64,000 bases of DNA. Source: Candidatus Woesearchaeota archaeon (GTDB lineage Archaea; Nanobdellota; Nanobdellia; Woesearchaeales; UBA119). The notes under the pieces are model-generated. The model was not told where the DNA came from. It worked only from the letters and a program-made list of their open reading frames with translations, and ran no database searches. Each line of letters opens with the position of its first letter. Within the stretch, counting starts at the first letter, position 1. The position numbers and the translations under genes were made by a program. Below, piece by piece: positions 49,088 to 59,000 of this stretch. The stretch is from contig DAOSEK010000001.1 of NCBI GenBank assembly GCA_035363095.1, positions 82,473 to 146,472 on the forward strand. The letters are read 5' to 3'.

Positions 49088-49456
49088 AGACAAAATTATA
49101 CAAAATGAACTGGATTTCATGAAATGAAAAAACTCTGCATAAATAATGAGGTATCTTGCGAACAGTCGAGGTTAATCCTTGCATTAACCCCTCTATTCAA
49201 ACTTTTGCCTCAAGAATAAACCTCAAGACCAAAGAATGCGAAGTAATGCTGGATTTCATGAAATCAACAATCTCGCCCTAAAGGGCGAGGCATGTTGGTA
49301 ATATAAAAGCATCAGCTGTATTAAAACGAGGTTGTTGATTACAAAAAAGTGTACCGAGTCCTCGTGTTGAAACACGAGGTATGCTTTTCTATTAACCAAA
49401 GTATGCAAAATGACAGATTCATGAAATCAAAGTATACAAAATGGGCTAGATTTCAC
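49088..49456. repeat. Composite repeat cluster: four K-box/palindrome units plus M3 module plus hairpin module
   Basis: K-box plus GGATTTCATGAAATG occurs at 49088. An M3 module lies between the K-box units, containing GAACAGTCGAGGTTAATCC. K-box plus GGATTTCATGAAATC occurs at 49228. The hairpin module spans 49257-49372 (AACAATCTCGCCC...GAGGTTGTTGAT, CCTCGTGTTGAAACACGAGG). Two more degenerate K-box units follow. Confidence 0.75.
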
Positions 49457-49582
49457 AAAAACAAAAAGAACAGGAATTTTAAGACGAGATATTTATAAAC
49501 AAAAAACCCTAAATTATTACGAAAGTTTTAAATATTAAAGCGAAATCACCAAAACCATCATAATACACGAGGAATCATAAGA

Positions 49583-50194
49583 ATGGAATTACAAAATGTT
49601 GAAATTAAAGCATTTAACAGGTGGAGTACAAACGGCATAGAACTGACAGATGAAGGCCTAAAAAGATACGTAAATTTAAGCCCTAAACTGGTGCCTAAGA
49701 CAGGTGCAAAATACTCAGGACAAAGATTTTATAAATCAAGAACTTTCATCGTCGAGAGACTTATAAACAAAATAATGGTCGCAGGCCATAGAGCTAAAAA
49801 ACATAAAATCACTTCAGGATTTATGACTGGAAAAGGAGTAACAGCATATAAAATTGTAGAAGATGCATTAAGCATAATTGAAAGAAAAACAGGAGCAAAC
49901 CCAATTGCAGTGTTTGTAAAAGCACTTGAAAACGGTGCGACAAGAGAAGAGATTGTTAATATAGAATATGGTGGGGCTAGATACACAAAAGCAGTAGATT
50001 GCGCCCCTCAAAGAAGGGTTGATTTAGTTTTAAGATTCTTCATTCAAGGTGCTTATGCGAAATCTTTTAACTCAAAAAAAGGAATTAGAGACGCATTAGC
50101 AGATGAGATTTTAGCAGCATATAATCTAAGTCAAAACTCATTTGCAGTATCTAAAAAGCTTGAGCTTGAAAGACAAGCAGATGCTTCAAGATAA
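49583..50194 (+). CDS. rps7: Ribosomal protein S7 (uS7)
   Basis: 203 aa with the S5e/S7 signature (KAVDCAPQRRVDLV). It is not linked to rps12 or fusA here. Confidence 0.9.
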   Translation: MELQNVEIKAFNRWSTNGIELTDEGLKRYVNLSPKLVPKTGAKYSGQRFYKSRTFIVERLINKIMVAGHRAKKHKITSGFMTGKGVTAYKIVEDALSIIERKTGANPIAVFVKALENGATREEIVNIEYGGARYTKAVDCAPQRRVDLVLRFFIQGAYAKSFNSKKGIRDALADEILAAYNLSQNSFAVSKKLELERQADASR

Positions 50195-50236
50195 AACCTT
50201 TTATATCATTATTATTTTTTCTTTTTGAATTTAACC
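50165..50236. repeat. Direct repeat copy 1 (S7 3' end plus terminator)
   Basis: TTGAAAGAcaaGCAGATGCTTCAAGATAAAACCTTTTATATCATTATTATTTTTTCTTTTTGAATTTAACC. It is identical, bar 3 nt, to 50765..50836. Confidence 0.85.
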
Positions 50237-50341
50237 GCGTTTTTAAACAGATGGCTTTATTTGTTTAATTTGTCGTTTAAATGAGTTTTTGGAATAATTC
50301 TTTTAAATATACTTTAGTATTTGTAAAAGATTAAATAGAAA

Positions 50342-50794
50342 GTGATTAATTTTTGCAAGATGGTATCTGAAAATAAACCTCTAAAAGTCTATGTTGCTGG
50401 AAAATTTGAAAAAAAGCTTATTGTTTTAAATTTGTATGAAAGGCTCAAAAGTATGGGTCACGAGATTTCTTATGATTGGACGAACCATATTGAGATTAAG
50501 CCATACTCCGAAAATGTTAGGCTTGCAACTACCTACTCAGATTCTGAGTTAGAAGGCATATCAAACAGCGATGTTTTCATTTATCTTTCCGATAATGAGG
50601 GAACTACGCTTAAGATGGAAGTGGGCGCAGCAATTATGGCCAAGATGATTACAGGAAGCCCAAAACAAATATACATTGTGGGAGAATATAACGATAAGTC
50701 ACCTTGGTTTATGAATGAAAAGTTTGTTAAGCGACTTGATAATATTGATGATGTTATAAAAGATATTGAAAGATATGCAGATGCTTCAAGATAA
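50342..50794 (+). CDS. Nucleoside 2-deoxyribosyltransferase-like protein; C-terminal 5 aa (ADASR) encoded by the duplicated S7 3' end
   Basis: KVYVAGKFEKK... has an NDT-like N-terminus. The last codons lie inside direct-repeat copy 2. Confidence 0.4.
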   Translation: MINFCKMVSENKPLKVYVAGKFEKKLIVLNLYERLKSMGHEISYDWTNHIEIKPYSENVRLATTYSDSELEGISNSDVFIYLSDNEGTTLKMEVGAAIMAKMITGSPKQIYIVGEYNDKSPWFMNEKFVKRLDNIDDVIKDIERYADASR

Positions 50795-50836
50795 AACCTT
50801 TTATATCATTATTATTTTTTCTTTTTGAATTTAACC
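50765..50836. repeat. Direct repeat copy 2, exactly 600 nt downstream of copy 1
   Basis: TTGAAAGAtatGCAGATGCTTCAAGATAAAACC...GAATTTAACC. Confidence 0.85.
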
Positions 50837-50891
50837 AAGTTTTTTGGCCTAGAAATTTAGTTGTCTAATTTTTCTTTTTAGAAATCATCAG

Positions 50892-51836
50892 CTATACATG
50901 AAGGGTAACTAACGCATACTTTAATTTACTACCTATCCTTTTGAGAAAACCAGGCTTTTCGTAATCTTTTGTGACCTTACCTTCTTTATATTCTAATCCA
51001 TAAGGTTTTAAGATCATAGAAATGTCTTTTTCAAGTGTTTCTGAACTGTATGTTTTTGTAAGTTCAAAAAGGCATTTTTGGAAATGATCAGGATAATAAT
51101 CAAAGCAACCCTCTTTTGCAAGTGTTCTCAAGTTTTTTAAAGATTCTTTATATTCCTTAGTTCGCTTTATCTTAATAGGCTTTGATAATATTCTTAGATA
51201 TTTGTTATTTAGAAGTTCTAATGAGTTTTGAGCATCTTTAATGAATGTTTTATCACTAATCTCTTCAATAAGAGACTCTGATTCGGATAATAAATCTCCA
51301 AAAATTAGTAAATCATCTTTATCTTTATATCTTTTCATTCTTTGAATATTATCTTTTAGATAACTCTTGTTAATGTATTGTGATAAATTGTATATGGTTT
51401 CATCAATGCCTAGTTTTAAATCGTTATTCAAATCTGTTAATTCGTGGCATAATTTTTGAGAATCTTTATATTTGGCGAGTTTAAGATTTGTATTGATTTG
51501 TTGTATTAATTTCTCAGTTTTCAATTTTACCGATAAATTGAATACTTCAGCTTCAGATACAAAACATCCTTTGCGAAGGGATTTGTTTTTTGAAGGACTT
51601 AGGGAGTTATATTTTTCTAAATCAGATATGTGAAATCTTATTTTATAATCCTTGCCTTGAGACATCTTTAATCCTAGATGGAGATTACACATATCATCTA
51701 AAAAATCGTATTGATCAATTTCTATTTTGGGATTTTTGTGATTAAAATGAGAACTTGAAATAGAGTTAATAATATCTTCAATGTTAGATAGTCCTTCTCT
51801 TTCTTCAAACTCTTTTATTTGGGATTTGATGTTCAT
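50892..51836 (-). CDS. Hypothetical K-rich protein
   Basis: 314 aa ORF. Confidence 0.35.
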   Translation of the reverse strand: MNIKSQIKEFEEREGLSNIEDIINSISSSHFNHKNPKIEIDQYDFLDDMCNLHLGLKMSQGKDYKIRFHISDLEKYNSLSPSKNKSLRKGCFVSEAEVFNLSVKLKTEKLIQQINTNLKLAKYKDSQKLCHELTDLNNDLKLGIDETIYNLSQYINKSYLKDNIQRMKRYKDKDDLLIFGDLLSESESLIEEISDKTFIKDAQNSLELLNNKYLRILSKPIKIKRTKEYKESLKNLRTLAKEGCFDYYPDHFQKCLFELTKTYSSETLEKDISMILKPYGLEYKEGKVTKDYEKPGFLKRIGSKLKYALVTLHV

Positions 51837-51996
51837 ACTAACAGATAATTAGGAGAGTTTATAAATGTTTTTTTGTCAGATGTTGGAGCTTTTAAATTGT
51901 TGAGAGCTCTGATGAAATCTTTGCTTTTTTTAATTTAATATAAAAGCTTTTAAAAAGAAATAACAATATATTAAAAATAATAGTGCTCTTTGAAAA

Positions 51997-52413
51997 ATGG
52001 TAAGGGTTAATTTGATTTCACCTAATAAACTCTCAGACCAGCATCTTATTGCTGAATACGATGAGATTTTAATGCTTTTAGGATATGTTAAAAGGTTTCC
52101 TGCGCCCATAGGGATTCCAAAAAAATACACTTTGGGTAAAGGACATATGAAGTTCTTTAAGGATAAATTATTGTATCTTAAAAAAAGGCATGAGAGTATA
52201 AAAAGTGAGATGAAAAAGAGAGATTTTAAGACAAACATTACGATTGATCTTTTGGATTTTCCTAAAGAACTTGTTAATGATTGGGCACCTGATAATGATG
52301 CTATTAAGAAGATAAAAGAAAGGCTTGTTTTTAAACTTAAACTAAAACCTTGGTATTATCGCTATTATGGGGAGAATAAAAATCCTGAATTTTTTTTGGC
52401 GCTAATGGATTAG
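51997..52413 (+). CDS. denV: Pyrimidine dimer DNA glycosylase (T4 endonuclease V / DenV family)
   Basis: N-terminal MVRVNLISPNKLSDQHLIAEYDE matches T4 endoV [23 protein letters not shown]. C-terminal KPWYYRYYG matches WYKYYG. Confidence 0.7.
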   Translation: MVRVNLISPNKLSDQHLIAEYDEILMLLGYVKRFPAPIGIPKKYTLGKGHMKFFKDKLLYLKKRHESIKSEMKKRDFKTNITIDLLDFPKELVNDWAPDNDAIKKIKERLVFKLKLKPWYYRYYGENKNPEFFLALMD

Positions 52414-52448
52414 ATATCAAAACAAATATTTTCGGTGTTTGTTCGTTT

Positions 52449-52913
52449 TTATTTTCTTATCTTAATCACTTTTGCATTGCTGAATTTAATATTTTCTGTT
52501 GGTGTGATTTTTATAATTGTGTTTTCTGAGCCACCGCTTGTATAAATAAATTCTTTTTCCATTACCTTTGGATCAACTAAAAAGAATGCATCAAAGCCAA
52601 ACGAAGGAACCCCGCCACAGGGATAACCTGTTTTTTCTAGGATCTCATTAGGTGTTGCTATATTCGGCCTTTGAATTCCAAGATTCTTTGCAATAGTGGA
52701 TGTACTAACTCTATCTGTTCCAATTACAGTGCAAACCATAATCCTTTTGTTTGAGTCAACAAGGCAGATATTTTTCACAATATCGCTTGGAGAAAGATTC
52801 ATCGTTTTAGCGGTATCTTCAACTGAATGACAAGATGTTTCAAATGAAAAATATTCACACTCTATCCTATTTTCAGCGATATATTTCTTTAGCTTTTCTT
52901 CAAATTCTTTCAT
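52449..52913 (-). CDS. YbaK/ProX-family aminoacyl-tRNA deacylase domain protein
   Basis: 154 aa. The GYPCGGVPSFG glycine-rich loop and overall pattern resemble the YbaK/EbsC editing domain. Confidence 0.5.
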   Translation of the reverse strand: MKEFEEKLKKYIAENRIECEYFSFETSCHSVEDTAKTMNLSPSDIVKNICLVDSNKRIMVCTVIGTDRVSTSTIAKNLGIQRPNIATPNEILEKTGYPCGGVPSFGFDAFFLVDPKVMEKEFIYTSGGSENTIIKITPTENIKFSNAKVIKIRK

Positions 52914-53003
52914 TTTAAGTCTATCATCTAAATATTAGTTATTGTCTTTACCTAAGCGTATTTAAATATTTGCACCTAAAGACATTTGTTAATCATCAAA
53001 AGG

Positions 53004-54443
53004 TTAGTTATTGCTTGTTAATTCAGATATATATTTTTCTGCAGAACCTTTAATATCATTTGATTGATATAATCCTCTTCCGATGATTGCGTGAAAATCT
53101 AAATTTCCTATTGAGTCTAAAGTCTCCTTTATTTTGCCACCTTGAGCAACAAATCCCGGAGAATAAAATATTGGGTTGATATGACTATATGGTGCTAAAA
53201 TTTCTTTTATTTGCTTTATTATGCTAGAGTTGTTTCCTGGCACTACAAAGTTATTTACTCCTGATTCTGCTGCAAGCTCATAAATTCTTAGAGCATCTGA
53301 TTTGCTTATGAATCCGCCTTCTTCTTTTAGATATGCAGGATGCGTCATTATCCCACCAATTATTGGAATCAGCCCTTCGTTTTTTGCTTCGTATACCCAA
53401 GCTCTTAATGTTTCAGGTCCAGACATTGGAAAGTATATGACTGAATCGACTCCTGCCTCTTTACATACACGACAAAAGCCTTTGGCAGTTGCAGGGATAT
53501 CAGTTCCTCCCTTTTGATGATCGTAAATAATTGGTTTATCTGAATACTTTCTTATTGTTTCAACTATATGTGGAAGGCCATATTTAAGAGCTAATATAAA
53601 TCCTATTTTATATCCCCCAACACCAGACACATCTGTTGTTTGTTTAACTATATTTTCAAGCTCATCTATTCCTGAAACATCGCATGCAGGAATAACACTT
53701 CTATTTTCGGGAATTAAGACTTCGTTTGTTTTGTCCATTTTTTTTGCCTCTTTTGTTCCATAAACTGATAAATAGTTTTCAAATTGCAATAATTTTTCTG
53801 AAGGGAAAATATTTTTGTTTTGTATATAATCGATTATTTCCCTGCTATTTACAATTGGATATACCGGTACTTTTGAATCCATTGAAAATTCTTTGATAGC
53901 GTTTTTACCAAAGAGATCTAGTTCCATCCTATCAACTGCAATCAGGATTGCTGTGATATCTGGGTCTTCGCTAATTCTTTCAAGGAAATTTATGCTTTCA
54001 TATTTTGTATCGCCTGTAGTGAAAACATCATCAAGGATTACTATCTTTGCATTTGGAGGTATTTTGCTTCCTAATAGATACGCTTTTTGAATATCAGATT
54101 TAGAAGGATTGATTAGACCTGATGCTTCGCCATGGTCTTTTGCTTCTTTTCTATCAAACGCGTAGCCTACATCTTTGCCCATTTTTGATAGTGCTATTGA
54201 AGTAGCAAGTGCAAGTGGAATTCCTTTATAAGATGGGCCAAATAAAATATCGCATTCTATATTGTTATCAATTATTGCTTTAGCATAGGCTTCACCTAAT
54301 CTAGAAATCAAAGAGCCTTTGTTGAACTCTCCAGTGTTTACAAAGTATGGAGATTGTCTTTTGCTTTTCAGATTGAATTCGCCAAGCTTTAAAGAGTTTG
54401 ATAGAATTAAGAAGTCAATGAATTCTTTTTTGTAGTTTTCCAT
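53004..54443 (-). CDS. pyrEF: Bifunctional orotate phosphoribosyltransferase / orotidine-5'-phosphate decarboxylase (PyrE-PyrF fusion)
   Basis: The N-terminal half has FNLKSKRQSPYFVN and the PRPP motif VILDDVFTTGDT (OPRTase). The C-terminal half has IIYDHQKGGTDIP (a DxKxxDI-type ODCase active site) and a barrel. Confidence 0.7.
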   Translation of the reverse strand: MENYKKEFIDFLILSNSLKLGEFNLKSKRQSPYFVNTGEFNKGSLISRLGEAYAKAIIDNNIECDILFGPSYKGIPLALATSIALSKMGKDVGYAFDRKEAKDHGEASGLINPSKSDIQKAYLLGSKIPPNAKIVILDDVFTTGDTKYESINFLERISEDPDITAILIAVDRMELDLFGKNAIKEFSMDSKVPVYPIVNSREIIDYIQNKNIFPSEKLLQFENYLSVYGTKEAKKMDKTNEVLIPENRSVIPACDVSGIDELENIVKQTTDVSGVGGYKIGFILALKYGLPHIVETIRKYSDKPIIYDHQKGGTDIPATAKGFCRVCKEAGVDSVIYFPMSGPETLRAWVYEAKNEGLIPIIGGIMTHPAYLKEEGGFISKSDALRIYELAAESGVNNFVVPGNNSSIIKQIKEILAPYSHINPIFYSPGFVAQGGKIKETLDSIGNLDFHAIIGRGLYQSNDIKGSAEKYISELTSNN

Positions 54444-54547
54444 TAAGGCATCTTAAGGCTTATTTTGGCGTTGATTTATTTATTTATCGGTTTTGAAATA
54501 GCTGTTTTTGAAAGGCTTTATAAATCCAAAATATTTCGTGTTTTAGT

Positions 54548-55084
54548 ATGAAAGAAATTGAGGTTAAGATTCTAAATATTGATGGCCGTTTAGTGGAAGC
54601 AAAGCTAAAAGCACTAGGAGCAAAAATGATTTTTGACGGAGTTGTAGATACTCATTTTTTTGATTTTGAGAATAAAAAGCTTGGCAAAAAAGGGGTTCTT
54701 GCAAGAGTAAGGAGGATGGGTGATAAGACTTACTTTACTGTTAAAAAAAAGATTTCTGATGAGCTGGCAAAAATCAGAGAAGAGTACGAATGTGAGGTTT
54801 CTGATTTTAACGAGTTGATTTGTGCATTCTCACTTTTAGGTCTTAAAGAGAGATATTCTTTTAAGAAAAAAAGGACTAGTTATGTTTTAGATGGTGTTCA
54901 TTTTGAGCTTGACAAGTTTTTGAGTGTTTATGATTTTGTTCCTGAATTTTTGGAAATAGAAGCAAAGGATATTGACACAATATATAGGTATGCCTCACTC
55001 TTGGGATTTAGAAAAGAGGATTGTAAGCCCTATAGCATTGCTGACATCGTGAAAGAAATTAAAGCAAAAGAAAATGGGATTTAA
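54548..55084 (+). CDS. CYTH-domain protein (triphosphate tunnel metalloenzyme)
   Basis: N-terminal EIEVKIL (the ExExK signature) plus later acidic/basic tunnel residues (RVRRMGDKTYFTVKKK). Confidence 0.6.
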   Translation: MKEIEVKILNIDGRLVEAKLKALGAKMIFDGVVDTHFFDFENKKLGKKGVLARVRRMGDKTYFTVKKKISDELAKIREEYECEVSDFNELICAFSLLGLKERYSFKKKRTSYVLDGVHFELDKFLSVYDFVPEFLEIEAKDIDTIYRYASLLGFRKEDCKPYSIADIVKEIKAKENGI

Positions 55085-55709
55085 GCTTATAGCTTTTGAT
55101 ATGGATGGTGTTTTATTTAAGGATGTTAAATTCTGGATTGAGTTACACAAAAGATTTGGAACTTATGAGGAAGGCGTTATTCTTACAAAAAGGCTTTTAC
55201 ATACTGATTATGATAGTCTAATTAGAGAGGTAGTGCAAAGACTTTGGATTGGAAAGGATGCCAATGCGTATTACGAATTGATTGATTCTTTAGAATATAT
55301 TAATGGCGCAAAAGAAACTATTAGAATTCTTCATGATAATGGAATTAAAACTGCAATTATTACTGCATCGAGTATTGATGCGGCTAAAAGGATACAAAAA
55401 GAAAATCATATTGATTTTGTGTGGGGCAACGAATTGATTGTTAGGGATGGAAAGATTTCAGGGGAATATATTTCTAGGATAGGTGTGGGAAGAGAGAAAA
55501 AAGCAATTGCACTTAAAGAGATATGCAATGCTCTTTTGATTGATACAAAAGAGGCAGTTTTTGTTGGTGATAGTGAAGGGGATATTGAGGCATTTGGAGA
55601 AGTAGGGCTTGCAATTGCTTTTCAACCCAAAAGTGAGCTTTTAAAGGAATTTTGTGATGTGATTATTGAACATGATGATTTAAGAGAGATATTGAAGTTT
55701 ATATATTAA
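55074..55709 (+). CDS. HAD-superfamily hydrolase (phosphoserine phosphatase-like)
   Basis: Motif I LIAFDMDGVLF, motif II ITAS, and motif III/IV K...GDSEGD. It overlaps the CYTH ORF by 11 nt. Confidence 0.65.
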   Translation: MGFKLIAFDMDGVLFKDVKFWIELHKRFGTYEEGVILTKRLLHTDYDSLIREVVQRLWIGKDANAYYELIDSLEYINGAKETIRILHDNGIKTAIITASSIDAAKRIQKENHIDFVWGNELIVRDGKISGEYISRIGVGREKKAIALKEICNALLIDTKEAVFVGDSEGDIEAFGEVGLAIAFQPKSELLKEFCDVIIEHDDLREILKFIY

Positions 55710-55898
55710 ATGATAGCCCAAAGATGATGAGCTTGAACATACTTTAAAAAAGAAAAAAAGGTCAATTAACCAATTTTTAGTTACATTATTCATATTAAAG
55801 GAATTTTAAATGGGTTTTTAAGGGGGATATGAACCATTTGAATATATAGAAATTTATCAACAGAAAACTATTTATTTGAAAAGAGCTATGTTATTTTT

Positions 55899-56028
55899 GG
55901 TGCTCATTGTTGAATACCTGCGTTTTGATAGGGCTAAACAAAACTCGTTGGGCTTTCATCCTATCTATTGAGCCGGAAAGCAACAATCGTGTGAATAAAG
56001 GTGTCATAATAGCACGCTTGGGAGCACC
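55899..56028 (+). ncRNA. Candidate structured small RNA downstream of ileS (end-to-end helix GGTGCTC/GAGCACC)
   Basis: The G+C-enriched 130-nt segment stands out from its AT-rich surroundings. It has terminal complementarity, an internal GAGCCGGAAAGCAACAA (GGAA/AGCA, loosely SRP helix-8-like) and several short hairpins. The strand is not determined. Confidence 0.2.
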
Positions 56029-56029
56029 A

Positions 56030-59000
56030 CTATATTTTTCTTACACCTATCTTGTATTCTCTTGATTTGATTTCATGCTCTTCAAATTCAAAGCCTGAGA
56101 AGTCTAGATTATCGCCTGTTAAAACCTTTTTTGCACCGACTTTTTCTTTGATATCTTCAAGCCAAGGATCTATTAGGCTTAAAGAGTATTGTGTTTTTGA
56201 TTGAATTAATAATTCAACCCTGTCTGCTTTGTTTAAACCCATCTTTTTCCTAATGCTTTGTATCCTTCTTGAAACCTCTCTTGAAACACCTTCAGATTCT
56301 AGCTCTTTTCCAATGGTCTTATTAAGAAATACGATGCCTTTTGAAAACTCGCTTAGCTCGTACTCTTTATCTAATATGTGTTCAAATTTGAGATGCTCTG
56401 GAAGTATTTCGTATTTTTCCCCATCAATAGACATTATATATTTTCCCTCTGACTTTATGTGAGAGACTACTGTTTCAGGGGCTGTTGTTATGAGAGCTGC
56501 GATTATTTTTGCACTGTTTTGCTTGAAAGTAGGCCCTAGTTTGTTGTTATCAGCAACTGCCTTTATGCTGTGCTTTTCGAATTTAGGTGTAAGTAAGATC
56601 TGCTTAATGTTGCCCTGAGATTTTATTATATCTGACATATTATTTATTGCACTAATATAGATTTTTTCTTCAGTTTCTATTACTGCCTCTTTTAAAGGCC
56701 AACGTATCCCATAGCCAATCTTATCTCTAATTGAGAGTATATTTTGCACTATTTCAAGCACTTTTAAAAGCTCGGTTTCAAGTTGGGGATTTATTAGTCT
56801 ATTTTCATATGAAGGCCAATTGTATTCAAATATTGATTCCTGATTTAAACAAAATGCTTCTTTTAGTTCAAGATAAATTTTTTCGCATACAAAAGGTGCA
56901 AAGACTGAAAATAACTTACTTGTTTCAAATAAAGTGTGATACAAAACATATATTGATACTTTTTTATCTGATTCATCGCTTGAATTTAATTTTTCCCTTA
57001 CAAGCTGAACATATGTCCTTGAAAGCTCTAAAAAGAGTTTTTCTATTTCAATAACTGCAAGATTTACTTCATATTTGTCTAAAAGTATTGTTACATCTCG
57101 TATTGTTGAATTAAGCCTTGAGATTATGTATTTTTCTACCAAGCTAAAGGATTCCTCTACTTCGCTATAACTAATCTTAAAGGGATTTATTTTTGAAAGT
57201 GTTGCTTGTCCTATCAAGAGATTTTTCAGGTTCCATAGTATTGAAAGGTTTGAATATTTTACCTTTAAGTCATCAAAGTTATAATTAAAATCTAACCCTG
57301 GGTTTGTGCATGCTAATGAAAAGTATCTAAATGCATCAGCGCCATATTTATCAATTATTTCATCTGGGCTTATGTAATTTCCAAGGCTTTTAGACATTTT
57401 TCGACCTTGGGCATCGTTGACAAAACCGTGCATATAGACATTTAGGAATGGGCTTTTATCAAATGCAACTGTACTTGTAACCATCAATAGATTAAACCAG
57501 CCTCTTATTTGATCTTTTCCTTCCGCAATGAAGTCTGCAGGGAAATATTTCTCGAAGAGATCAAGTCTTGTAGGAAAATCAAGGCAATTCCATGATGCTG
57601 TGCCTGCATCTACCCAGACATCTAAGATATCAGGTATTCTCTTCATTTTTGCATTGCACTTAGGGCATGTTAATTTTACCTCATCAATTCTTGGTATGTG
57701 AAGGTCTGAAAGCTGTTGACCATATTCTTTTACAAGTTCTTCATATGAACCAATTACTTTTATATTATCACATTGCTCGCATCTCCAGATTGGAACAGGT
57801 GTACCCCAAAACCTTTGTCTTGTAATGGTGTTATCTTTAAGATTTTCAAGCCAAGAATCAAACCATCTTGTTCCTGCCCATTGTGGAACCCAGTTTACAC
57901 TTTTATTTAGTGTGCGCATTCTTTCTTTTAGGTTTTCTATTCCAAAGAACCACTGCGTAGTTTTTCTATAAACTACAGGAGATTCACATCTCCAGCAATG
58001 AGCATAATCGTGTTCAACTGGGGTTTTTTCAACTAGTGCACTTTCTTTTTCAAGTGTATCAATGAATTTGTCATCATCCTTTTTAGCAACTAAGCCTGCA
58101 AAAATTCCCATAGATTTTTGAAACTCTCCTTTTGTATCTATTTCGTTATATGGAGGAATGTTATTTTCTTTTCCAACCTCGTAATCTTCAGGGCCACACC
58201 CTGGAGCCATGTGAACAAGCCCTGAACCTGCAGATAAATCTACGTATTTTGAAGACAATACAACGCTATGAACATTTGGATGTAGTTTTTTTAGTTCTTG
58301 GTATTCGCTAATGTATTTTGCAAAGGGATGTGTGTATTCTACGCCTTTTAGATCTGAACCTTTAAACTCTTTAAGTTCTTTGAATTCTTTCCCTGCAACC
58401 ATGTGGATTAATCCACCAGCTAGACCCTTTGCTACTATCCATATTTCATCTTCGACTTGTGCTTCTATGTAGTCAAGGTCTGGGTGAACCATAACCCCTA
58501 AGTTAAATGGAATAGTCCAAGGAGTTGTAGTCCAGATTATTAGAAATTTGTTTTGAGTTCCTTTTACTTTTAGTTTTACAAATATGGATGTGTCAGTTAC
58601 GTTTTTATAAACAAGCTCGTGTTTTGCAAGCGCAGTTTCACAGCTTGCACACCAAGTCATTGTTTTTTCTCCTTCGTATAGTAGACCTTTATCAAATGCT
58701 TTTTTTATAAGCCACCATTCTCCTGAGATGTATTCTTTTTGGATTGTTGCATAAGCATTTTCAAAATCCATCCAAACTCCAAGCCTTTTAAAATCCTCGT
58801 TCATTTTTTCTAAGGATTCTAATGAGAATTTTTTACACTCTTCAATAAATTTTGAAACGCCAAACTTCTTTATTTCTTCTTTGTCTTTTAGATTAAGTTT
58901 TTTTGAAACGCGATTCTCAGTAGGAAGGCCGTGCATGTCATATCCTGCCCGATCCCAGACATCAAATCCTTTCATTCGCTTGTAACGCAATACACAGTCT

